This document shows positions 62,976-64,000 of a stretch of 64,000 nucleotides of DNA, one piece after another. The first letter of the stretch is position 1; each line of letters starts with the position of its first letter. The stretch comes from an uncultured Actinomycetes bacterium (lineage in GTDB: Bacteria; Actinomycetota; Thermoleophilia; Solirubrobacterales; Solirubrobacteraceae), in NCBI GenBank assembly GCA_963757075.1, contig CAVWQN010000004.1:561792-625791 (forward strand). The letters are read 5' to 3'. The position numbers were made by a program, and so were the translations under genes. The notes below the pieces were generated by a model. The model searched no databases, was not told the DNA's origin, and was given only the letters and a program-made list of their open reading frames with translations.

Positions 62976-63815
62976 ATGCGAGTGCATTTACGGGGGGGAC
63001 CACTAGTCGACGAGCACACGATCAGTGTCGATCAGGCCCCCATCTTTTATCGCAGCGCTCCGGTAGCCAGCGGGGTATCGACACCCCTCTACCTCCACGG
63101 CGTACCGACGAGCTCAGACGATTGGAGTGGATTGCTCGAGCGAACCGGAGGGATCGCACCCGACCTGATCGGCTTCGGTCGCTCCGGCAAGGCAGCCAAC
63201 CTCGACTACACGCTCGCCGGCCTGGCGACGTTTCTCGAGCGGTTCCTCGTAGAAGTGGGAGTCGAACGGGTCACGCTCGTAGCCCACGACTGGGGGGCGG
63301 CCGCCGGGCTGGTATTCGCCCAGCGCCGGCCGCAGGCGATCGACCGACTCGTCCTCTGCGACGCGGTGCCATTGCTAGGCGGATTCGCCTGGCATCGAGT
63401 GGCGCGGCTCCTGCGGCGACGGCTGGTGGGCGAGCTCATCATGGGCTCGACCCCGCGGTGGTTTCTGTGGCGCCTTCTCCGAAAAGGCTGCGCACGCCCC
63501 GACACACTCTCCGACGACTACCTGCGGGCGGTTTGGAGCCAATTCGACCAGGGGACGCAGCGGGCGATACTCCGCCTGTACCGGGCCACGGACGAATCAG
63601 ATCTGGCAGCGGCCGGGGCCGACCTGGAGCAGCTGCGGACGCCGGCGCTCGTGCTGTGGGGCGAGCAGGACCCCTGGCTGGCCCCCGGGTTAGCGGATGC
63701 CTACGGCCAGCGGCTGCCCCGCTCCACGGTGCACCGGATAGAGGCCGCCGGGCACTGGCCGTGGCTCGACGACGGCACCGTGGCTGACCGCGTCGCGGAG
63801 TTCGTGCTGGGATGA
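62976..63815 (+). CDS. Alpha/beta hydrolase (haloalkane dehalogenase/epoxide hydrolase-like)
   Basis: LHGVP, PDLIGFGRS, AHDWG, LWGEQDP, AGHWP; start uncertain. Confidence 0.88.
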   Translation: MRVHLRGGPLVDEHTISVDQAPIFYRSAPVASGVSTPLYLHGVPTSSDDWSGLLERTGGIAPDLIGFGRSGKAANLDYTLAGLATFLERFLVEVGVERVTLVAHDWGAAAGLVFAQRRPQAIDRLVLCDAVPLLGGFAWHRVARLLRRRLVGELIMGSTPRWFLWRLLRKGCARPDTLSDDYLRAVWSQFDQGTQRAILRLYRATDESDLAAAGADLEQLRTPALVLWGEQDPWLAPGLADAYGQRLPRSTVHRIEAAGHWPWLDDGTVADRVAEFVLG

Positions 63816-64000
63816 CCGCGCTGAGGACGACGCCCGGCCCACCCCGCCAGGTGGCAGAGCATCCCCGGCGCACGTCGCCCGACCCGCGCCGGATCGCGCC
63901 GATCGCGATCGCCGCAGCGTTCGCGCTCGCCTACGTGATCGCCTCTCCGGCCAGCGGCGACCTCGCCGCGCACGTGTTTCGCGCTCACCTGTTCGCCGCC
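63812..64000 (+). CDS. Membrane protein, N-terminal part (runs off window)
   Basis: ATGA overlap; hydrophobic IAPIAIAAAFALAYVIA then SGDLAAHVFRAHLF. Confidence 0.65.
   Translation, partial: MTALRTTPGPPRQVAEHPRRTSPDPRRIAPIAIAAAFALAYVIASPASGDLAAHVFRAHLFAA

Overview
This is a high-GC, core-genome window with no phage, transposase or CRISPR. Gene content (HspR-regulated dnaK operon, class E sortase, TrpB2, many leaderless genes) points to an actinobacterium, most likely Thermoleophilia/Solirubrobacterales; this assignment is an inference. In order, it holds: pccB and a methylmalonyl-CoA mutase large subunit; a moaD-moaE fusion followed by selA, selB and a methyltransferase; ferritin; EPS genes; a three-gene Opp-like ABC operon; tRNA-Arg(CCT); a PIG-V-like mannosyltransferase-HAD-CPBP-pyrE operon; class A PBP, infA, thiL and a FlgM-like gene; an M28-like membrane protein with sortase E; a two-component system with treT and otsA; rpsF-ssb-rpsR-rplI-dnaB with a DnaC-like loader; purA; vapBC; a nucleotide-sugar operon; pepT; an NRAMP-related transporter with an MgtE-N/CBS protein; purD/purE; trpB2; dnaK-grpE-dnaJ-hspR-clpB; a secreted clan GH-A hydrolase; and nth. 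The best leads are: (1) a Gaa1/GPAA1-like pseudo-peptidase apparently co-transcribed with a sortase, near a PIG-V-like mannosyltransferase, which could be a bacterial GPI-like anchoring system; (2) a uORF plus anti-SD leader in front of the NRAMP-related transporter; (3) a non-canonical HspR operator found at both clpB and dnaK; (4) an ABC ATPase with three catalytic motifs altered; (5) a phage-type DnaC loader coupled to chromosomal dnaB; (6) an in-frame methyltransferase-antitoxin fusion. Three frameshifts (two in selA) suggest possible assembly indel errors, so frameshift- and fusion-based claims need read-level confirmation. All product calls come from motif recognition by eye; no database searches were run.
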